From an uncultured Actinomycetes bacterium (GTDB lineage Bacteria > Actinomycetota > Actinomycetes > S36-B12): a stretch of DNA of 48,257 nucleotides. The translations under genes and the position numbers were made by a program. The notes under the pieces are model-generated. The model did not search any database and had not been told where the DNA came from. It saw nothing but the letters and a program-made list of their open reading frames with translations. Positions 21,000 to 32,850 of the stretch are shown here, piece by piece (positions within the stretch are counted from its first letter, which is position 1; each line of letters opens with the position of its first letter). The stretch is taken from positions 1 through 48,257 of the forward strand of contig CAIXFB010000269.1 of NCBI GenBank assembly GCA_903918595.1, given 5' to 3'.

Positions 21000-23900
21000 T
21001 CAGCCTCCCATAACTGCAAGGATCGGGTCCTCGCCTCGTGCAATCGCCTGCTCGCGCAACGAAATCACTCTCTTGAAGTCCTTGGGCATCACCTTGGTGA
21101 ATCTGCGAACACTGTCATCCCAATGAACGAGCAACTCTGCTGCAATCAATGAACCAGTCTCCTCTTCGTGCCGCACGACGATCGCATGCAGTTCAGCAAC
21201 ATCGGCCTCCGTGAGCGAATCCAGATCGATCATCTCCGGATTTACCCGATTCAATTGAAGGTCCAGAACGTAAGCGACTCCGCCGGACATACCTGCACCC
21301 AGATTGCGACCTGTCGAACCCAAGATCACTGCCGTTCCTCCGGTCATGTACTCACATGCGTGGTCTCCCACTCCCTCAACGACAGCAGTAGCGCCAGAAT
21401 TTCGCACGCAGAATCGTTCGCCCACCCGGCCCGAGATGAAAATCTCGCCACTTGTCGCCCCATAGCCGACGACGTTGCCCGCAATGATCTGCTCATGGGG
21501 AAGAAACGTGGCGCTGCGATGAGGGCGCAGTACCAATCGGCCGCCGGAGAGTCCTTTCCCAACGTAGTCGTTGCCGTCGCCCTCAAGCCTGAGGGTCATG
21601 CCATGCGGTACGAACGCTCCAAACGACTGACCGGCTGACCCGATAAAGGTGAGATCGATGGTGCCATCGGGCAAGCCATCTCCTCCGTATCTTCGGGTGA
21701 CTTCCGAGCCAAGCATTGTTCCAACGGTCCGATTGATATTCCGGACGTTTAGCTGAGCCCGGACCGGTTCACCCGATTCCAGGGCAGGAGCACACAGCGC
21801 GATCAATTCCTGATCAAGCGCTCGATCAAGACCGTGGTCCTGAGCGACCACCTGACGCCTTGCACCATCTCCTGCAGGCACATGCAGAATCGGAGCAAGA
21901 TCGAGACCTGCCGCCTTCCAGTGTTCGATGGCACGCTCGGCATCGAGAAGTTCCACCTGGCCCACAGCTTCAGCGACGGTTCGAAAACCCAACGATGCCA
22001 GAATTTCGCGCACCTCTTCAGCGACGTACTCAAAGAAGGTTTCGACGAATTCCGGTTGACCGGAAAAGCGCTCCCGGAGAACCGGATTCTGGGTGGCTAC
22101 CCCGACCGGACAGGTATCGAGGTGGCACACCCGCATCATGATGCAACCCATGACCACGAGTGGCGCGGTCGCGAATCCGAACTCCTCCGCACCAAGAAGT
22201 GCTGCGATCACCACATCGCGACCAGTCTTCAACTGCCCATCGGCCTGGACTACCACACGATCTCGCAGACCGTTCAGCAAAAGGGTTTGCTGTGTTTCAG
22301 CAAGACCTAGTTCCCAAGGGGTGCCCGCATGTTTCAAACTTGTGAGCGGCGATGCGCCCGTACCACCGTCGTGGCCTGAAATCAGCACAACGTCCGCATG
22401 CGCCTTGGCCACGCCCGCGGCGACGGTTCCCACACCCGTTTCAGACACCAACTTGACGTGCACCCGAGCACGTGGATTTGCGTTTTTGAGGTCATGGATC
22501 AATTGCGCCAAGTCTTCAATCGAGTAAATATCGTGATGCGGTGGAGGTGAGATGAGTCCGACGCCGGGTGTGGAATGCCGAGTTTTCGCGATCCACGGAT
22601 AGACCTTGTTGCCCGGGAGTTGGCCGCCTTCACCCGGCTTCGCACCCTGCGCCATCTTGATCTGGATGTCGTCGGCATTTACTAGGTATTCACTCGTCAC
22701 ACCGAATCGACCAGAGGCCACCTGCTTAATTGCCGACCGCTTGGAATCGCCATTGGCCATCGGGATGAAGCGCTCGGGATCCTCTCCACCTTCGCCAGTG
22801 TTGGACTTAGCTCCAATTCGGTTCATGGCGATAGCCAACGTTTCATGTGCTTCTTGGGAGATGGAACCATACGACATCGCGCCGGTTGAAAATCGTTTCA
22901 CAATGTCAGACACCGATTCCACTTCATCAATCGGGATCGGGGCGCGCTCCCCTGCCTTGAAACCGAATAATCCACGGAGAGTCATCAAGCGCTCCGCCTG
23001 ATCGTTTACACGTTCTGTGTATTGCCGAAAGATGTCATAGCGCTTGTTGCGTGTCGCATGCTGCAAGCGGAAAACAGTTTCCGGATCGAATAGGTGCGGC
23101 TCACCGTCACGACGCCATTGGTATTCCCCACCATCAGCCAAAACGCGGTGGGCTGGCGCAATGCCCGTCATCGGGTAGGCAACTCCGTGCCTGCGCGCAA
23201 CTTCCTCGGAAATGACATCGAGATCAATACCACCAAGTTTGGAAGTCGTTCCAGTGAAGTAACGGCTAATCACCTCATCCGATAGGCCAACGGCTTCAAA
23301 TATCTGCGCACCTCGATAGGAAGCAACCGTGGAAACACCCATCTTGGACATCACCTTCAGAAGTCCTTTACCCAGTGACTTGACGGTGTTGCGCATTGCC
23401 TTTTCAGGCGTAATACCTTCCAGTACACCACGATGAGCTAGATCTTCAACGGTCTCCAGTGCCAGGTATGGGTTAATAGCTGCTGCTCCATAGCCGACCA
23501 AAAGCGCTACATGGTGAACCTCGCGAACATCGCCTGCTTCCACCAGTAGAGAAATCATCGTGCGCGCCTTAGTACGAACCAGATGGTGATGCACTGCTGA
23601 GCACAACAAGAGCGAAGGAATCGGTGCCAATTGGGCGTTGCTATCCCGGTCGGAAAGCACGATGAATCGCTTTCCCTGACGAATGACCGCATCGACCTCG
23701 TTGTAGATCTCCTGTAGGCGCTTCTGCAGGGCCGCACCACCACCGCCAACGTTGTACAGCCCCTTAATCCGGGCAGCAGCGAACTCGGGAAGAGTTCCAT
23801 CGGCGTTGATGTGCAAAATCTTCGCAAGTTCATCGTTGTCGATCACCGGGAATGGCAGCACTACCTGATGACAGTGACGCGGTGTGGCTTCAAGCAGGTT

Positions 23901-25550
23901 TCCTTCTGGGCCGATGATGCTGCCCAAACTCGTGACGATTTCTTCTCTGATCGAATCGAGTGGTGGGTTCGTGACCTGCGCAAAAAGCTGAACAAAGTAA
24001 TCAAAAAGCAAGCGCGGCCGGGCAGACAGGATGGCGATTGGCGTGTCGGTCCCCATGGAGCCAATCGGTTCAGCGCCATTTCTAGCCATCGGCTCAAGCA
24101 GGATGCGCAGCTCTTCTTGGGTGTAACCAAAGGTCTGCTGACGCCTCGCGACGGATTCATGCGTGTGCACGACATGCTCGCGCTCAGGTAAGTCTTCGAG
24201 ATGAATGAGACCTTCATCGAGCCATTCGGCATACGGCTCCGCTGCCGCCAATTCCGCCTTGATTTCATCATCTTCAATGATGCGGCCAGCCGCTGTGTCG
24301 ACTAGGAACATTCGACCTGGCTGCAGTCGTCCCTTGCGCACAATTGTGGCTGGATCAAAATCGAGAACTCCTGCCTCCGAGGCAAGCACGACTAGGCCAT
24401 CGTTTGTGACCCAGTAACGACCTGGCCGGAGCCCGTTGCGGTCCAGTACCGCCCCGATCACCGTTCCATCAGTGAAGGAAACGTTTGCTGGCCCATCCCA
24501 CGGTTCCGTGAGCGTTGCGTGGTATTCATAAAACGCCCGGCGGGCTGGGTCCATGTCGGCATGGTTCTCCCATGCTTCGGGAATCATCATCAAGACTGCA
24601 TGCGGCAGTGATCGACCACCGAGATGCAGTAACTCAAGCACTTCATCAAATGACGCAGAATCGCTGCCACCGTTAGTGCAAATCGGGAAGAGTCTGGTGA
24701 GATCCCCCGGAAGCGTGTCGGATGTAAGAAGTGCCTCTCGGGTCTTCATCCAGTTCCGGTTGCCCTTCACCGTGTTGATTTCTCCGTTGTGCGCAATCAG
24801 CCGGTACGGGTGAGCAAGCGGCCATGACGGGAAAGTGTTCGTCGAGAAACGTGAGTGCACCAGGGCTAACGCACTGGACATGGCAGGGTGAGTCAAATCC
24901 GGATAGAAGGGCGTGAGTTGACCCGTTGTGAGCATGCCTTTGAAGACCATTGTGCGGGCCGACAGGGACGCAAAGTATGCGCTCACTTCGTGTTCACTGC
25001 GCTTCCGGAACGCGTACACCAAACGATCAAGTTCGAGGCCTGCCTGCAGGTGCCCCACACCTGCAACGAAAATCTGCCAAAAGGACGGCATGACGCTACG
25101 CGCCGTGATGCCTACCAGCGTGGGATCGGTAGGGACCTCACGCCAACCCAGCACCTCAAGTCCTTCATCAACAGCGAGAGCGGTGAGTTCGGCGATCTGG
25201 CGTTGTGTCTCATCTGCCTCGGCCGCGAGGAACACAATTCCCGTGGCGTAATGACCCATGGGGGGAAGATCAAAATCGGTGACTTCACGCCACAGTGCAT
25301 CTGGAACCTGAACCAGAATGCCAGCACCATCACCGCTGTCCGGTTCTGATCCTGAAGCCCCGCGATGCTCAAGATTCTCAAGGGCTCTCAGACTCATCCG
25401 CACAATGTCGTGGGAGGGCACCCCGGTTAAGGTCGCGATGAAAGCGACCCCACACGCGTCCTTCTCAAATGCTGGGTCGTACAAACCTTGGGCGGGAGGG
25501 ACCGCGCTGAAGAGAGAACCGCTAGCAGAGACCGTAGCCACTGGTGTCAT
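21000..25550 (-). CDS. gltB: glutamate synthase large subunit
   Basis: About 1516 aa. Ntn-amidotransferase Cys in the context [11 protein letters not shown], plus FMN and Fe-S domains. I prefer the ATG at 25550 (an AAAGG lies upstream) over the TTG at 25577 used by the ORF track. Confidence 0.95.
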   Translation of the reverse strand: MTPVATVSASGSLFSAVPPAQGLYDPAFEKDACGVAFIATLTGVPSHDIVRMSLRALENLEHRGASGSEPDSGDGAGILVQVPDALWREVTDFDLPPMGHYATGIVFLAAEADETQRQIAELTALAVDEGLEVLGWREVPTDPTLVGITARSVMPSFWQIFVAGVGHLQAGLELDRLVYAFRKRSEHEVSAYFASLSARTMVFKGMLTTGQLTPFYPDLTHPAMSSALALVHSRFSTNTFPSWPLAHPYRLIAHNGEINTVKGNRNWMKTREALLTSDTLPGDLTRLFPICTNGGSDSASFDEVLELLHLGGRSLPHAVLMMIPEAWENHADMDPARRAFYEYHATLTEPWDGPANVSFTDGTVIGAVLDRNGLRPGRYWVTNDGLVVLASEAGVLDFDPATIVRKGRLQPGRMFLVDTAAGRIIEDDEIKAELAAAEPYAEWLDEGLIHLEDLPEREHVVHTHESVARRQQTFGYTQEELRILLEPMARNGAEPIGSMGTDTPIAILSARPRLLFDYFVQLFAQVTNPPLDSIREEIVTSLGSIIGPEGNLLEATPRHCHQVVLPFPVIDNDELAKILHINADGTLPEFAAARIKGLYNVGGGGAALQKRLQEIYNEVDAVIRQGKRFIVLSDRDSNAQLAPIPSLLLCSAVHHHLVRTKARTMISLLVEAGDVREVHHVALLVGYGAAAINPYLALETVEDLAHRGVLEGITPEKAMRNTVKSLGKGLLKVMSKMGVSTVASYRGAQIFEAVGLSDEVISRYFTGTTSKLGGIDLDVISEEVARRHGVAYPMTGIAPAHRVLADGGEYQWRRDGEPHLFDPETVFRLQHATRNKRYDIFRQYTERVNDQAERLMTLRGLFGFKAGERAPIPIDEVESVSDIVKRFSTGAMSYGSISQEAHETLAIAMNRIGAKSNTGEGGEDPERFIPMANGDSKRSAIKQVASGRFGVTSEYLVNADDIQIKMAQGAKPGEGGQLPGNKVYPWIAKTRHSTPGVGLISPPPHHDIYSIEDLAQLIHDLKNANPRARVHVKLVSETGVGTVAAGVAKAHADVVLISGHDGGTGASPLTSLKHAGTPWELGLAETQQTLLLNGLRDRVVVQADGQLKTGRDVVIAALLGAEEFGFATAPLVVMGCIMMRVCHLDTCPVGVATQNPVLRERFSGQPEFVETFFEYVAEEVREILASLGFRTVAEAVGQVELLDAERAIEHWKAAGLDLAPILHVPAGDGARRQVVAQDHGLDRALDQELIALCAPALESGEPVRAQLNVRNINRTVGTMLGSEVTRRYGGDGLPDGTIDLTFIGSAGQSFGAFVPHGMTLRLEGDGNDYVGKGLSGGRLVLRPHRSATFLPHEQIIAGNVVGYGATSGEIFISGRVGERFCVRNSGATAVVEGVGDHACEYMTGGTAVILGSTGRNLGAGMSGGVAYVLDLQLNRVNPEMIDLDSLTEADVAELHAIVVRHEEETGSLIAAELLVHWDDSVRRFTKVMPKDFKRVISLREQAIARGEDPILAVMGG

Positions 25551-25661
25551 TACCTTTCGTCGTCCGGATCCGCACAACAGCGGGGCAGACTGCTCGTTTC
25601 GAGGATCAATCGAGCAGAGGGCTGAAGTGCCTACGGGACGACGTTGGCCCGCCTGAGAAGA

Positions 25662-26531
25662 CTACCCCACTCTGGGTTCGTCTCGCATTTCCTCTCGAGG
25701 ATCAATCACAAGATCACGCCCTGGACGTTTCTTAGCCGATATGACGAGGTACACCAGAGCCCCAAGGCCAACGACAACCGACGTCCAGATATTGAGCCGA
25801 AGACCCAGAATGGTGTTGGCATCGTCAATGCGAAGGGCCTCGATCCACACTCGGCCGGCGCAGTACAAAGCGACATACAACGCGAAGAGGCGTCCGTGGC
25901 CCATAGAGAAACGGCGATCTGCCCAGACCAGAACCACGGCCATGGCAAGCAGCCATAGGGATTCGTAGAGAAAGGTCGGGTGGAACGTGTCAATCTCCAG
26001 ATAGCCATCGGGACGGTTGGCTGGGTCGATTTCCAGAGCCCAGGGCAGGTCTGTTGGCGCTCCAAAAAGCTCTTGATTGAACCAGTTCCCCAGCCGGCCG
26101 ATGGCCTGAGCAACAGCGATGCCGGGCGCAACTGCATCACCAATGGGCGGCAGCGGAACACCAAGCCGGCGAGCGCCGATCCAGGCCCCGAGCGCACCGA
26201 ATGCCACCGCCCCCCAAATTCCCAGGCCCCCGTCCCAGATCCGCAGGGCAGCTCCGAAGCCTCTGCCATCGGGACCAAAATAGATCTGCCAGTCACTCAG
26301 GACGTGGTAGATCCGGCCGCCGACGATGCCAAAGGGAACAGCCCAAACCGCTACGTCGAGGATGGTGCCTTCTCGGCCACCTCGAGCGACATATCGCTTA
26401 TTTCCCCACCACACCGCGACCACGATGCCCACGATGATGAGCAGTGCATATGCGCGCACCGGAACCGGTCCGATGTTCCAGACCCCTTGATCAGGGCTCG
26501 GGATCGAGGAGAAAATCGTGTTGAACACCAT
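25662..26531 (-). CDS. lgt: prolipoprotein diacylglyceryl transferase
   Basis: 289 aa, polytopic. Motifs: HPTFLYESLW, GRLGNWFNQELFG. It follows the trp genes, as in other actinobacteria. Confidence 0.92.
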   Translation of the reverse strand: MVFNTIFSSIPSPDQGVWNIGPVPVRAYALLIIVGIVVAVWWGNKRYVARGGREGTILDVAVWAVPFGIVGGRIYHVLSDWQIYFGPDGRGFGAALRIWDGGLGIWGAVAFGALGAWIGARRLGVPLPPIGDAVAPGIAVAQAIGRLGNWFNQELFGAPTDLPWALEIDPANRPDGYLEIDTFHPTFLYESLWLLAMAVVLVWADRRFSMGHGRLFALYVALYCAGRVWIEALRIDDANTILGLRLNIWTSVVVGLGALVYLVISAKKRPGRDLVIDPREEMRDEPRVG

Positions 26532-26532
26532 T

Positions 26533-27327
26533 TTATTCTTGGGCGCTCTTGACTGCCTCGGTGAGCAGTTTTAGATCGGCAAGGTTTTCATTGCCGATGT
26601 CAACACCATTGAGAATTCCGGCCGGCGTTCCGCCAACACCGGCGTCGTAGAAGGCTTGAGTGGCGTTCGCGGCCCAGACCACATAGGTGCGATCAGACAC
26701 GCATTGAGTAAAGGTGTCTAGCTCTGCGCCAGCGATTCCAGCTTCAGAACCAAAGCCGATCAGTTGCTCATCTGTCCAGCCGGTGCCCTCAACCTCAGGT
26801 TGGTTTGCGTACACAACATCATGAAATTCTCGGGTTTTCCCCGCATCAATGGCGCAACCCCAAGCTGCAATTGCCCGCTTCGATGAATCATTACCGAGAT
26901 TGCCATCGAGGAATCCTGTTGGGCGCCAGATCAAACGAACATCGCCACTCTCAGCGAGTCCAGCGATGCCATCCCCATTTGCCTGTTCCAAGGAACCACA
27001 GGCGGGGCACTGGAAGTCTTCCCATAGTTCAAGTACTGGGGCAGTTTCGGGTGCCGAGCCGTATGCCACTCCATACGCCCATTGACTATCTGCACCAAGA
27101 ACACCCGCGGGCAGTGGCGCTGTGGGATCTGGCTGCACGAGGTTCGGGTTGCTGGCGTTGTCTGCATTCCTCGCGATTACCGCCACGCCAATGATGGCGA
27201 CCACTACTGCGAGAACAGTCACGGCACCGACAACCCGGACAGTCCGCTCACGCCGCTTTTGACTGGAATCAGCCTGCTGACGTGCCGATGCGGCTTTTTC
27301 CCGACGGCTTTTGCCACCCTCGCCCAT
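26533..27327 (-). CDS. membrane-anchored DsbA-family thiol:disulfide oxidoreductase (thioredoxin fold)
   Basis: 264 aa. A basic N-terminus is followed by one TM helix (VVGAVTVLAVVVAIIGVAVI) and a CPAC active-site motif in the context WEDFQCPACG. Confidence 0.8.
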   Translation of the reverse strand: MGEGGKSRREKAASARQQADSSQKRRERTVRVVGAVTVLAVVVAIIGVAVIARNADNASNPNLVQPDPTAPLPAGVLGADSQWAYGVAYGSAPETAPVLELWEDFQCPACGSLEQANGDGIAGLAESGDVRLIWRPTGFLDGNLGNDSSKRAIAAWGCAIDAGKTREFHDVVYANQPEVEGTGWTDEQLIGFGSEAGIAGAELDTFTQCVSDRTYVVWAANATQAFYDAGVGGTPAGILNGVDIGNENLADLKLLTEAVKSAQE

Positions 27328-27396
27328 AGTTTTCCCTCCATCGGTGTTAAGACCTGCTTCTCACACTTGTAGACGACCAGCGTAGGCGAGTAGTTC

Positions 27397-28200
27397 CTAC
27401 GCCTCTCCGCGCACCCCTGCCGAAAGTTCGGTGGCCAGTTTGGACACTGCCCGTAGAGCTGCAGCAAGGTCGGTGGCTTCCAATATGGCATTGACAAAGG
27501 CCGAGCCCACGATTACCCCATCGGAGTATCGGGCAACATCTTGCGCTTGCGCAGCCGTCGAGACTCCCAAACCGACGGCAATCGGAAGTTTGGTCGCCTC
27601 GCGCACCCGGGCTACCAGCTCGGGAGCAGCCGAACTCACCTGACCGCGCGCGCCGGTCACTCCCATCGTGGAGGCGGCGTATACAAATCCAGTTGTTGCA
27701 GAAGTGACAGTGTCAATGCGCACCTGAGTGGATGACGGTGCAACCAGGAATACCCGATCGATGCCGAATGCATCAGTTGCCGCACTCCATGGGCCAGCCT
27801 CTTCAGGTGTGAGGTCGGGCGTGATGACACCCACACCCCCTGCCGATGCGAGCCGCTCGGCAAAGCGTTGGACGCCGTACCGTTCGATGGGATTCCAATA
27901 CGACATGACAAGCGCTGTGGCGCCATGGCCAGAAATCTGTTCGACGATATCGAGGACTACATCAGTGGTCGTGCCCGCTTCCAATGCCATGCTCACAGCT
28001 TCTTGGATGGCCGGGCCGTCCATGAGTGGGTCCGAGTACGGCAACCCGACCTCGATTGCATCGACGCCGGCATCTGTCATCGCATGAAACAACTCAACGC
28101 TCGACCTGTGATCTGGGAATCCGGCTGGGAGATAACCAATGAGCGCAGCCCGACTTTCAGCCCTCGCAGTCTCAAAGACGGAAGATAAGCGTGGGTTCAC
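27397..28200 (-). CDS. trpA: tryptophan synthase alpha chain
   Basis: 267 aa. Motifs: [29 protein letters not shown]. Confidence 0.95.
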   Translation of the reverse strand: MNPRLSSVFETARAESRAALIGYLPAGFPDHRSSVELFHAMTDAGVDAIEVGLPYSDPLMDGPAIQEAVSMALEAGTTTDVVLDIVEQISGHGATALVMSYWNPIERYGVQRFAERLASAGGVGVITPDLTPEEAGPWSAATDAFGIDRVFLVAPSSTQVRIDTVTSATTGFVYAASTMGVTGARGQVSSAAPELVARVREATKLPIAVGLGVSTAAQAQDVARYSDGVIVGSAFVNAILEATDLAAALRAVSKLATELSAGVRGEA

Positions 28201-29426
28201 TCCCTATCACCCAACGGGATGCCAAACCAGCGCGCAGCCGTTTCTACATCCTTGTCACCGCGGCCAGAGAGATTCACGACGATGACAGCGTCAGGGCCTA
28301 ACTCCTGGCCCAGACGCATTGCGCCTGCTAACGCGTGTGCGGTTTCTATCGCCGGGATGATGCCTTCAGTCTTGCTCAGGATCTGAAAGGCATTCATGGC
28401 CTCGTCGTCATTCACCGCCTCATACATCGCCCGACCGGTGTCGTGTAGCCACGCATGCTCAGGACCAACGCCGGGGTAATCGAGCCCCGCACTGATGGAA
28501 TGGGAAGAAACTGTTTGACCCCACTCGTCTTGCATCACATATGTCCGGGCACCATGCAAGACACCCGGAGTTCCAGCTGCAAAGCGGGCAGCGTGTCGAC
28601 CGGTCTCGACACCATCTCCACCGGCCTCATATCCACGCAGTTGAACGGAAGGATCATCCATAAATCCACTGAATAAGCCCATTGCGTTCGAGCCCCCACC
28701 CACGCAGGCCACTGCTGCATCAGGAAGTCGACCTTCAAGCGACAAAATCTGCTCGCGGGCTTCCCGCCCAATCACCGAGTGGAAAGTCCTCACCATCTCT
28801 GGGAAGGGCGCTGGACCAGTAACCGTTCCCAAGAGGTAGTGAGTTCTGTCTACCGTGGTGACCCAATCGCGCATCGCCTCGTTGATGGCGTCTTTCAGGG
28901 TGCGGCTACCCGTGGTGACCGGAATGACCTCCGCACCAAGCAGTTTCATCCGAGCGACGTTCAGCGCCTGACGTTTGGTGTCTTCTTCGCCCATGTAGAC
29001 GGTGCATTCCAACCCAAGGAGGGCAGCCGCAGTGGCAGAGGCAACGCCGTGCTGCCCCGCACCAGTCTCGGCAATGACTCGCTTCTTACCCATCCGCTGA
29101 GTCAACAAAGCCTGGCCCAAAACGTTGTTTATCTTGTGCGAACCGGTGTGGTTCAGGTCTTCGCGCTTCAAGTAGATATGCGCACCACCGCAGTACTCGG
29201 CGAAGCGATGTGCCCGGGTCATGATCGAAGGCCGACCTGTGTAATCCCGCTCCAAGCTAGAAAGCTCTTCAGCAAAAGCCGGATCGGTCATAGCAGCCCG
29301 GAAAGCCGCATCGAGCTCGTCGAGTGCTGCTGTGAGGGCTTCCGGAACGAATCGGCCGCCGTATGGTCCGAAATGGCCTGGCAGAGCCTCTGCTGCTGCG
29401 TCAATCTCGACTCGGTTGATCGTCAT
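28197..29426 (-). CDS. trpB: tryptophan synthase beta chain
   Basis: 409 aa. PLP-lysine motif [11 protein letters not shown], plus GGGSNAMG. Confidence 0.97.
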   Translation of the reverse strand: MTINRVEIDAAAEALPGHFGPYGGRFVPEALTAALDELDAAFRAAMTDPAFAEELSSLERDYTGRPSIMTRAHRFAEYCGGAHIYLKREDLNHTGSHKINNVLGQALLTQRMGKKRVIAETGAGQHGVASATAAALLGLECTVYMGEEDTKRQALNVARMKLLGAEVIPVTTGSRTLKDAINEAMRDWVTTVDRTHYLLGTVTGPAPFPEMVRTFHSVIGREAREQILSLEGRLPDAAVACVGGGSNAMGLFSGFMDDPSVQLRGYEAGGDGVETGRHAARFAAGTPGVLHGARTYVMQDEWGQTVSSHSISAGLDYPGVGPEHAWLHDTGRAMYEAVNDDEAMNAFQILSKTEGIIPAIETAHALAGAMRLGQELGPDAVIVVNLSGRGDKDVETAARWFGIPLGDRE

Positions 29427-30238
29427 GGATTCATCTTGCCGTTTCGGAGCGCAGGGTGCGCGCCGGCAGTTACCAGGTCATGAACGGCCACCCGGGGATC
29501 ACGGCCAGTCACGAGGGCTTCGCCCACCAGAACCGCATCGGCTCCGGCCTCTGCATATGCGATGAGGTCACGGGGGTCACGAACGCCTGATTCAGCGATC
29601 TTGACGCAGGCGTCAGGAATCAAGGGACTCACTCTGGCGAAGAGGCTTCGATCGATTTCGAGGGTTTTCAGGTTACGCGCATTCACGCCGATAACGATCG
29701 CTCCCGCAGAGATGGCACGGGTGATCTCTTCTTCATCGTGGACTTCTACCAGCGGAGTCATGCCCAAACTGAGAGTGCGTTCGATGAGACTCACGAGCGC
29801 TTCTTGATCGAGAGCGGCAACGATCAATAGCGCCATGTCGGCGCCATAAGCCCTCGCTTCCCAGAGTTGATAACTGGTGACGATGAAGTCCTTGCGCACA
29901 ATCGGAATGTCGACGGCCGCACGGACTTTGGCAAGATCGGCAAGACTGCCGCCGAAGCGACGCTCCTCGGTCAGCACACTGATGACGTGCGCACCGCCAG
30001 CCTCGTAATCAGCTGCAAGCGCTGCGGGATCTGAGATTTCAGCTAATGCACCCTTACTGGGACTTGATCGCTTGACCTCTGCGATGACACAAACATCTTC
30101 TCCCGAGAGAACACTCACAACCTCGAGAGCTGGTGGTTGGCGCTCAGCGCGAGATTTGAGATCGTCTAGTGGCACCGATGCCTTGCGTGCATCAACGTCT
30201 TCCCGCACACCGGCGACGATTTCATCAAGAACGTTCAC
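29423..30238 (-). CDS. trpC: indole-3-glycerol phosphate synthase
   Basis: Motifs: [21 protein letters not shown]. The ORF track starts at a TTG at 30310, inside the upstream gene. I prefer the GTG at 30238..30236 ([14 protein letters not shown]), which matches the usual TrpC N-terminus. The start remains uncertain. Confidence 0.88.
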   Translation of the reverse strand: MNVLDEIVAGVREDVDARKASVPLDDLKSRAERQPPALEVVSVLSGEDVCVIAEVKRSSPSKGALAEISDPAALAADYEAGGAHVISVLTEERRFGGSLADLAKVRAAVDIPIVRKDFIVTSYQLWEARAYGADMALLIVAALDQEALVSLIERTLSLGMTPLVEVHDEEEITRAISAGAIVIGVNARNLKTLEIDRSLFARVSPLIPDACVKIAESGVRDPRDLIAYAEAGADAVLVGEALVTGRDPRVAVHDLVTAGAHPALRNGKMNP

Positions 30239-30260
30239 AAACCGAAGGGTACCTATCCCG

Positions 30261-30686
30261 CTAACCGATGCCCGATCCGAGGTAGGGAAGAAAGTTCCGT
30301 GCCACACCAAAAACGAGTACGACGATTAACACGATGATCAAGATCTTCGACGTTGATTCGGGAAGAACCTGGGATGAGGAAGATCCCATTGCTGGCGTGG
30401 CTTTCCAGGATGAGACCAACCACCGCCACCACGCGAACGCCAGCACTGGAAGAAGGAGGAACAACAGAATGTTGTTATCCGCGGCACCCGCCAAATCACC
30501 ACGCAGCAGTGCGTGACTTCCCCGAAGACCACCACAGGCTGGGCAGTCGATACCCAGGATGGCTTGGGTCGGGCAAACGGGATATACCCCACCTGTGTTG
30601 GGGTCGACCGCCCATACGTAGACGGCTGCGGCTGCAGCAAGTGCGCCCGTTCCAAGTGCCGGAGAGATGCGCCGGAGAGTTCTCAC
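30261..30686 (-). CDS. DUF2752-like small membrane protein
   Basis: 141 aa. Contains the CP-x9-CPxCGG motif ([19 protein letters not shown]) that I associate with DUF2752, plus 3 to 4 TM helices. Its GTG start overlaps the kinase stop (GTGA). Confidence 0.65.
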   Translation of the reverse strand: MRTLRRISPALGTGALAAAAAVYVWAVDPNTGGVYPVCPTQAILGIDCPACGGLRGSHALLRGDLAGAADNNILLFLLLPVLAFAWWRWLVSSWKATPAMGSSSSQVLPESTSKILIIVLIVVLVFGVARNFLPYLGSGIG

Positions 30687-32065
30687 TCTCCCATTGTGCG
30701 CGAAACAGGAAACTTCACAAGGAAGGCTGCTCCACCTTCCGGTGCGGTCTCCACTTTTGCGGATCCACCCAATCCTCGGGACAGTCGACCCACGAGGGCT
30801 AGCCCTATCCCGGTTCCCACCGGTCGCACCCCCCGATAACGCTCGTACAGAACGCCAGGTTCAAAGGCCACTTGTGCATCTTGCGGTTGCAGTCCAGGTC
30901 CTGAATCACGCACCTGAACAGTGAAGGAGCCATCAGCTACGAGGAGGGCGAGCACAATTCGTTCACCATCGGGGGTGACCCTGAGTGCGTTCTCCATGAG
31001 ATTGTCAATTACTTGGCGCAAGCGAATCGGATCGGTAGTGACCACCACTGACTCCGTCGGAATTTCAGTGGTGAACGTGATACCGATCGGATGACACCTG
31101 GATTTCCACACCTCGCCAGCATCAAGCAGCAACTGGCGCACATCCACCTCGTTCATCTCAAAGGGGAAATCGACTGCCCCGAGGCGGGCGAGATCAAGCA
31201 AATCAGTTACTAGTTGATTCAATCGGGCTGCTTCGGCTCCGATGATGATCCCGGTCTGGGCAATATCTGCCTCTGGGATCACTCCATCTGCGAGCGCTTC
31301 ACCGTAGCCACGCACCGCAGTGAGCGGCGTGCGAAGTTCGTGCGAGACAGACAACAGAAAGTCTCTTTGCCGCCCCTCGGAGAGCACCAGTGCACTGTTC
31401 AATGAGTTGATGCCTTCTGCAATTTCGGCAATTTCAACCGGTCCTTCAGGCGTGAGGCGAACATTTCGCTCACCGCCAGCCATCTGAAGAGCGGCCTCTC
31501 GGGCAGCTCGCAGTGGTCGGATAAGTCGCCTGGCCACCACATAGCCAATCGGGATCGCAACGAGAAGTCCCACAATCAATGCGATCGCAAAACGCGTAAG
31601 CGCTCGGATCGCGATCTCACCAGCCACGGTGAAGGGTTGGATGAGGACCACAACCCCACCTTGTTGCAGAATCCGCGCTTCAACGAGAACCGGATCTCCT
31701 GCCACTTCCCCTTCTGTCGAGAGAGCGCTGCCATCGCGTAGTGGCTCTAAGGAAATCCCTGCTAATTCAGGCGGAATCTGTGCCCCAGGTTCAATCAGGT
31801 AACCCGTTATCCGCTCACTTTGCAAGGTGTCAACTATTGCCCGAGGAAGTGGGCGCCCCGGCCTATCACTTTCCAAGACTCGATCAAGTGACGCAGCCGT
31901 TATATCAGCCAGTTTTGCTAGCGCTCCCTGCGCTTGGCTCTTGGCGGCTGATTGGGCCAACGGATAGGACACCAAGCCGGCGATGACCGCAACGATCACG
32001 GCAACGACTGAGGCGAGAAGGACGATTCTCGTGGTCAACGTTGTTCGCGGTAGGTGACTACTCAT
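30683..32065 (-). CDS. sensor histidine kinase (two TM helices, HAMP, HisKA, HATPase_c)
   Basis: H-box SHELRTPLTAV, an N-box region DNLMENALRV, and G-boxes DSGPGL and GTGIGLAL. An extracytoplasmic loop of about 130 aa lies between the two TM helices. I trimmed the start to the ATG at 32065 (MSSHLPRTT), which overlaps the regulator stop by 8 nt. Confidence 0.9.
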   Translation of the reverse strand: MSSHLPRTTLTTRIVLLASVVAVIVAVIAGLVSYPLAQSAAKSQAQGALAKLADITAASLDRVLESDRPGRPLPRAIVDTLQSERITGYLIEPGAQIPPELAGISLEPLRDGSALSTEGEVAGDPVLVEARILQQGGVVVLIQPFTVAGEIAIRALTRFAIALIVGLLVAIPIGYVVARRLIRPLRAAREAALQMAGGERNVRLTPEGPVEIAEIAEGINSLNSALVLSEGRQRDFLLSVSHELRTPLTAVRGYGEALADGVIPEADIAQTGIIIGAEAARLNQLVTDLLDLARLGAVDFPFEMNEVDVRQLLLDAGEVWKSRCHPIGITFTTEIPTESVVVTTDPIRLRQVIDNLMENALRVTPDGERIVLALLVADGSFTVQVRDSGPGLQPQDAQVAFEPGVLYERYRGVRPVGTGIGLALVGRLSRGLGGSAKVETAPEGGAAFLVKFPVSRTMGE

Positions 32066-32777
32066 GTGGATCTGGCTCAGCCGAGTAACCAACGCCACGC
32101 ACAGTTCGAATGGGACTGGAGTCACCTAACTTCGCGCGCAACTGTGCAATGTGAACATCTACTGTTCGGGTGCCCACAACAGCGGCGTAGCCCCACACCT
32201 CAGAAAGCAATTGGTCACGGCTGAAAACTCGTGATGGTTGCGACAGCAAATGTGCAAGAAGATCAAATTCAGTCGCGGTGAGCGCGACAGGAGAACCAGC
32301 CACATCGACCCGTCTTGTCACCAGGTCAACGCGCACCTGGCCCATAACAAGTGGGGCTTCGTTTTGCGCTGCAATAACCGACCTACGCAGGACAGCTTTC
32401 ACTCGGGCAACGAGCTCACGAGGACTAAAAGGTTTAGTGATGTAGTCATCGGCGCCGAGTTCAAGTCCGAGGATGCGATCCACTTCATCGTCTCGAGCTG
32501 TGCAAAAGAGCACCGGAGTCCAGTTCCCTTCCCCACGAAGTTGCCTGCACACTTCCGTCCCGTCAATGAGTGGCAAGCCGACATCGAGAACGATCGCTGC
32601 GGGGTGCAGGGTGCGGGCAGCCCGCAAGGCCTCTTCGCCATCGGCTGCTACATGGACGCCAAACCCTTCTCTCGAAAGGTAGAGACGGAGCAAATCTGCG
32701 ATCGCTTGCTCATCTTCAACAACCAAAATGACACCGCGAGCTGATTCAGGCGTAGATGACTGACCAAATGAACTCAC
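32058..32777 (-). CDS. OmpR/PhoB-family response regulator
   Basis: 239 aa with a GTG start. The receiver domain carries VVEDE...LDVGLP...TARDD...GADDYITKPFSPRELVARV. The C-terminal winged-helix domain carries TATEFDLL...TVDVHIAQLRAKL...RGVGY. Confidence 0.92.
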   Translation of the reverse strand: MSSFGQSSTPESARGVILVVEDEQAIADLLRLYLSREGFGVHVAADGEEALRAARTLHPAAIVLDVGLPLIDGTEVCRQLRGEGNWTPVLFCTARDDEVDRILGLELGADDYITKPFSPRELVARVKAVLRRSVIAAQNEAPLVMGQVRVDLVTRRVDVAGSPVALTATEFDLLAHLLSQPSRVFSRDQLLSEVWGYAAVVGTRTVDVHIAQLRAKLGDSSPIRTVRGVGYSAEPDPHE

Positions 32778-32850
32778 GCCCTAAGCGTCCCAGATTCAGA
32801 TGGGCTAACAGCAATTTCGAGGTAAGAGCCGGGTAAAGATTTCCAGGGAG

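Noticed and set aside
25551-25661. GlnR-type box (gTnAc-n6-GaAAc) upstream of gltB
   Set aside because: A GAAAC pentamer is present, but the required upstream half-site at n6 spacing does not fit (GATTG). Only the generic inverted repeat is reported, at low interest.
25706-26296. Same-strand alternative-frame ORFs inside lgt (196 aa) and across gmk-rpoZ (6565..7032, 155 aa)
   Set aside because: They are frame-shifted shadows of conserved genes with Arg/Cys/Trp-rich nonsense composition. There is no independent start context and no sign that the host genes are disrupted.
28779-29483. Long antisense or alternative-frame ORFs opposite well-supported genes. Examples: 629..1216, 5559..6041, 28779..29483, 34147..34875, 35562..36248, 37211..37885, 46606..47142.
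   Set aside because: Their translations are Arg/Ser/Pro/Ala-rich, low in complexity and free of recognisable motifs. Each lies fully inside a strongly supported conserved gene on the other strand. These are typical GC-driven shadow ORFs.
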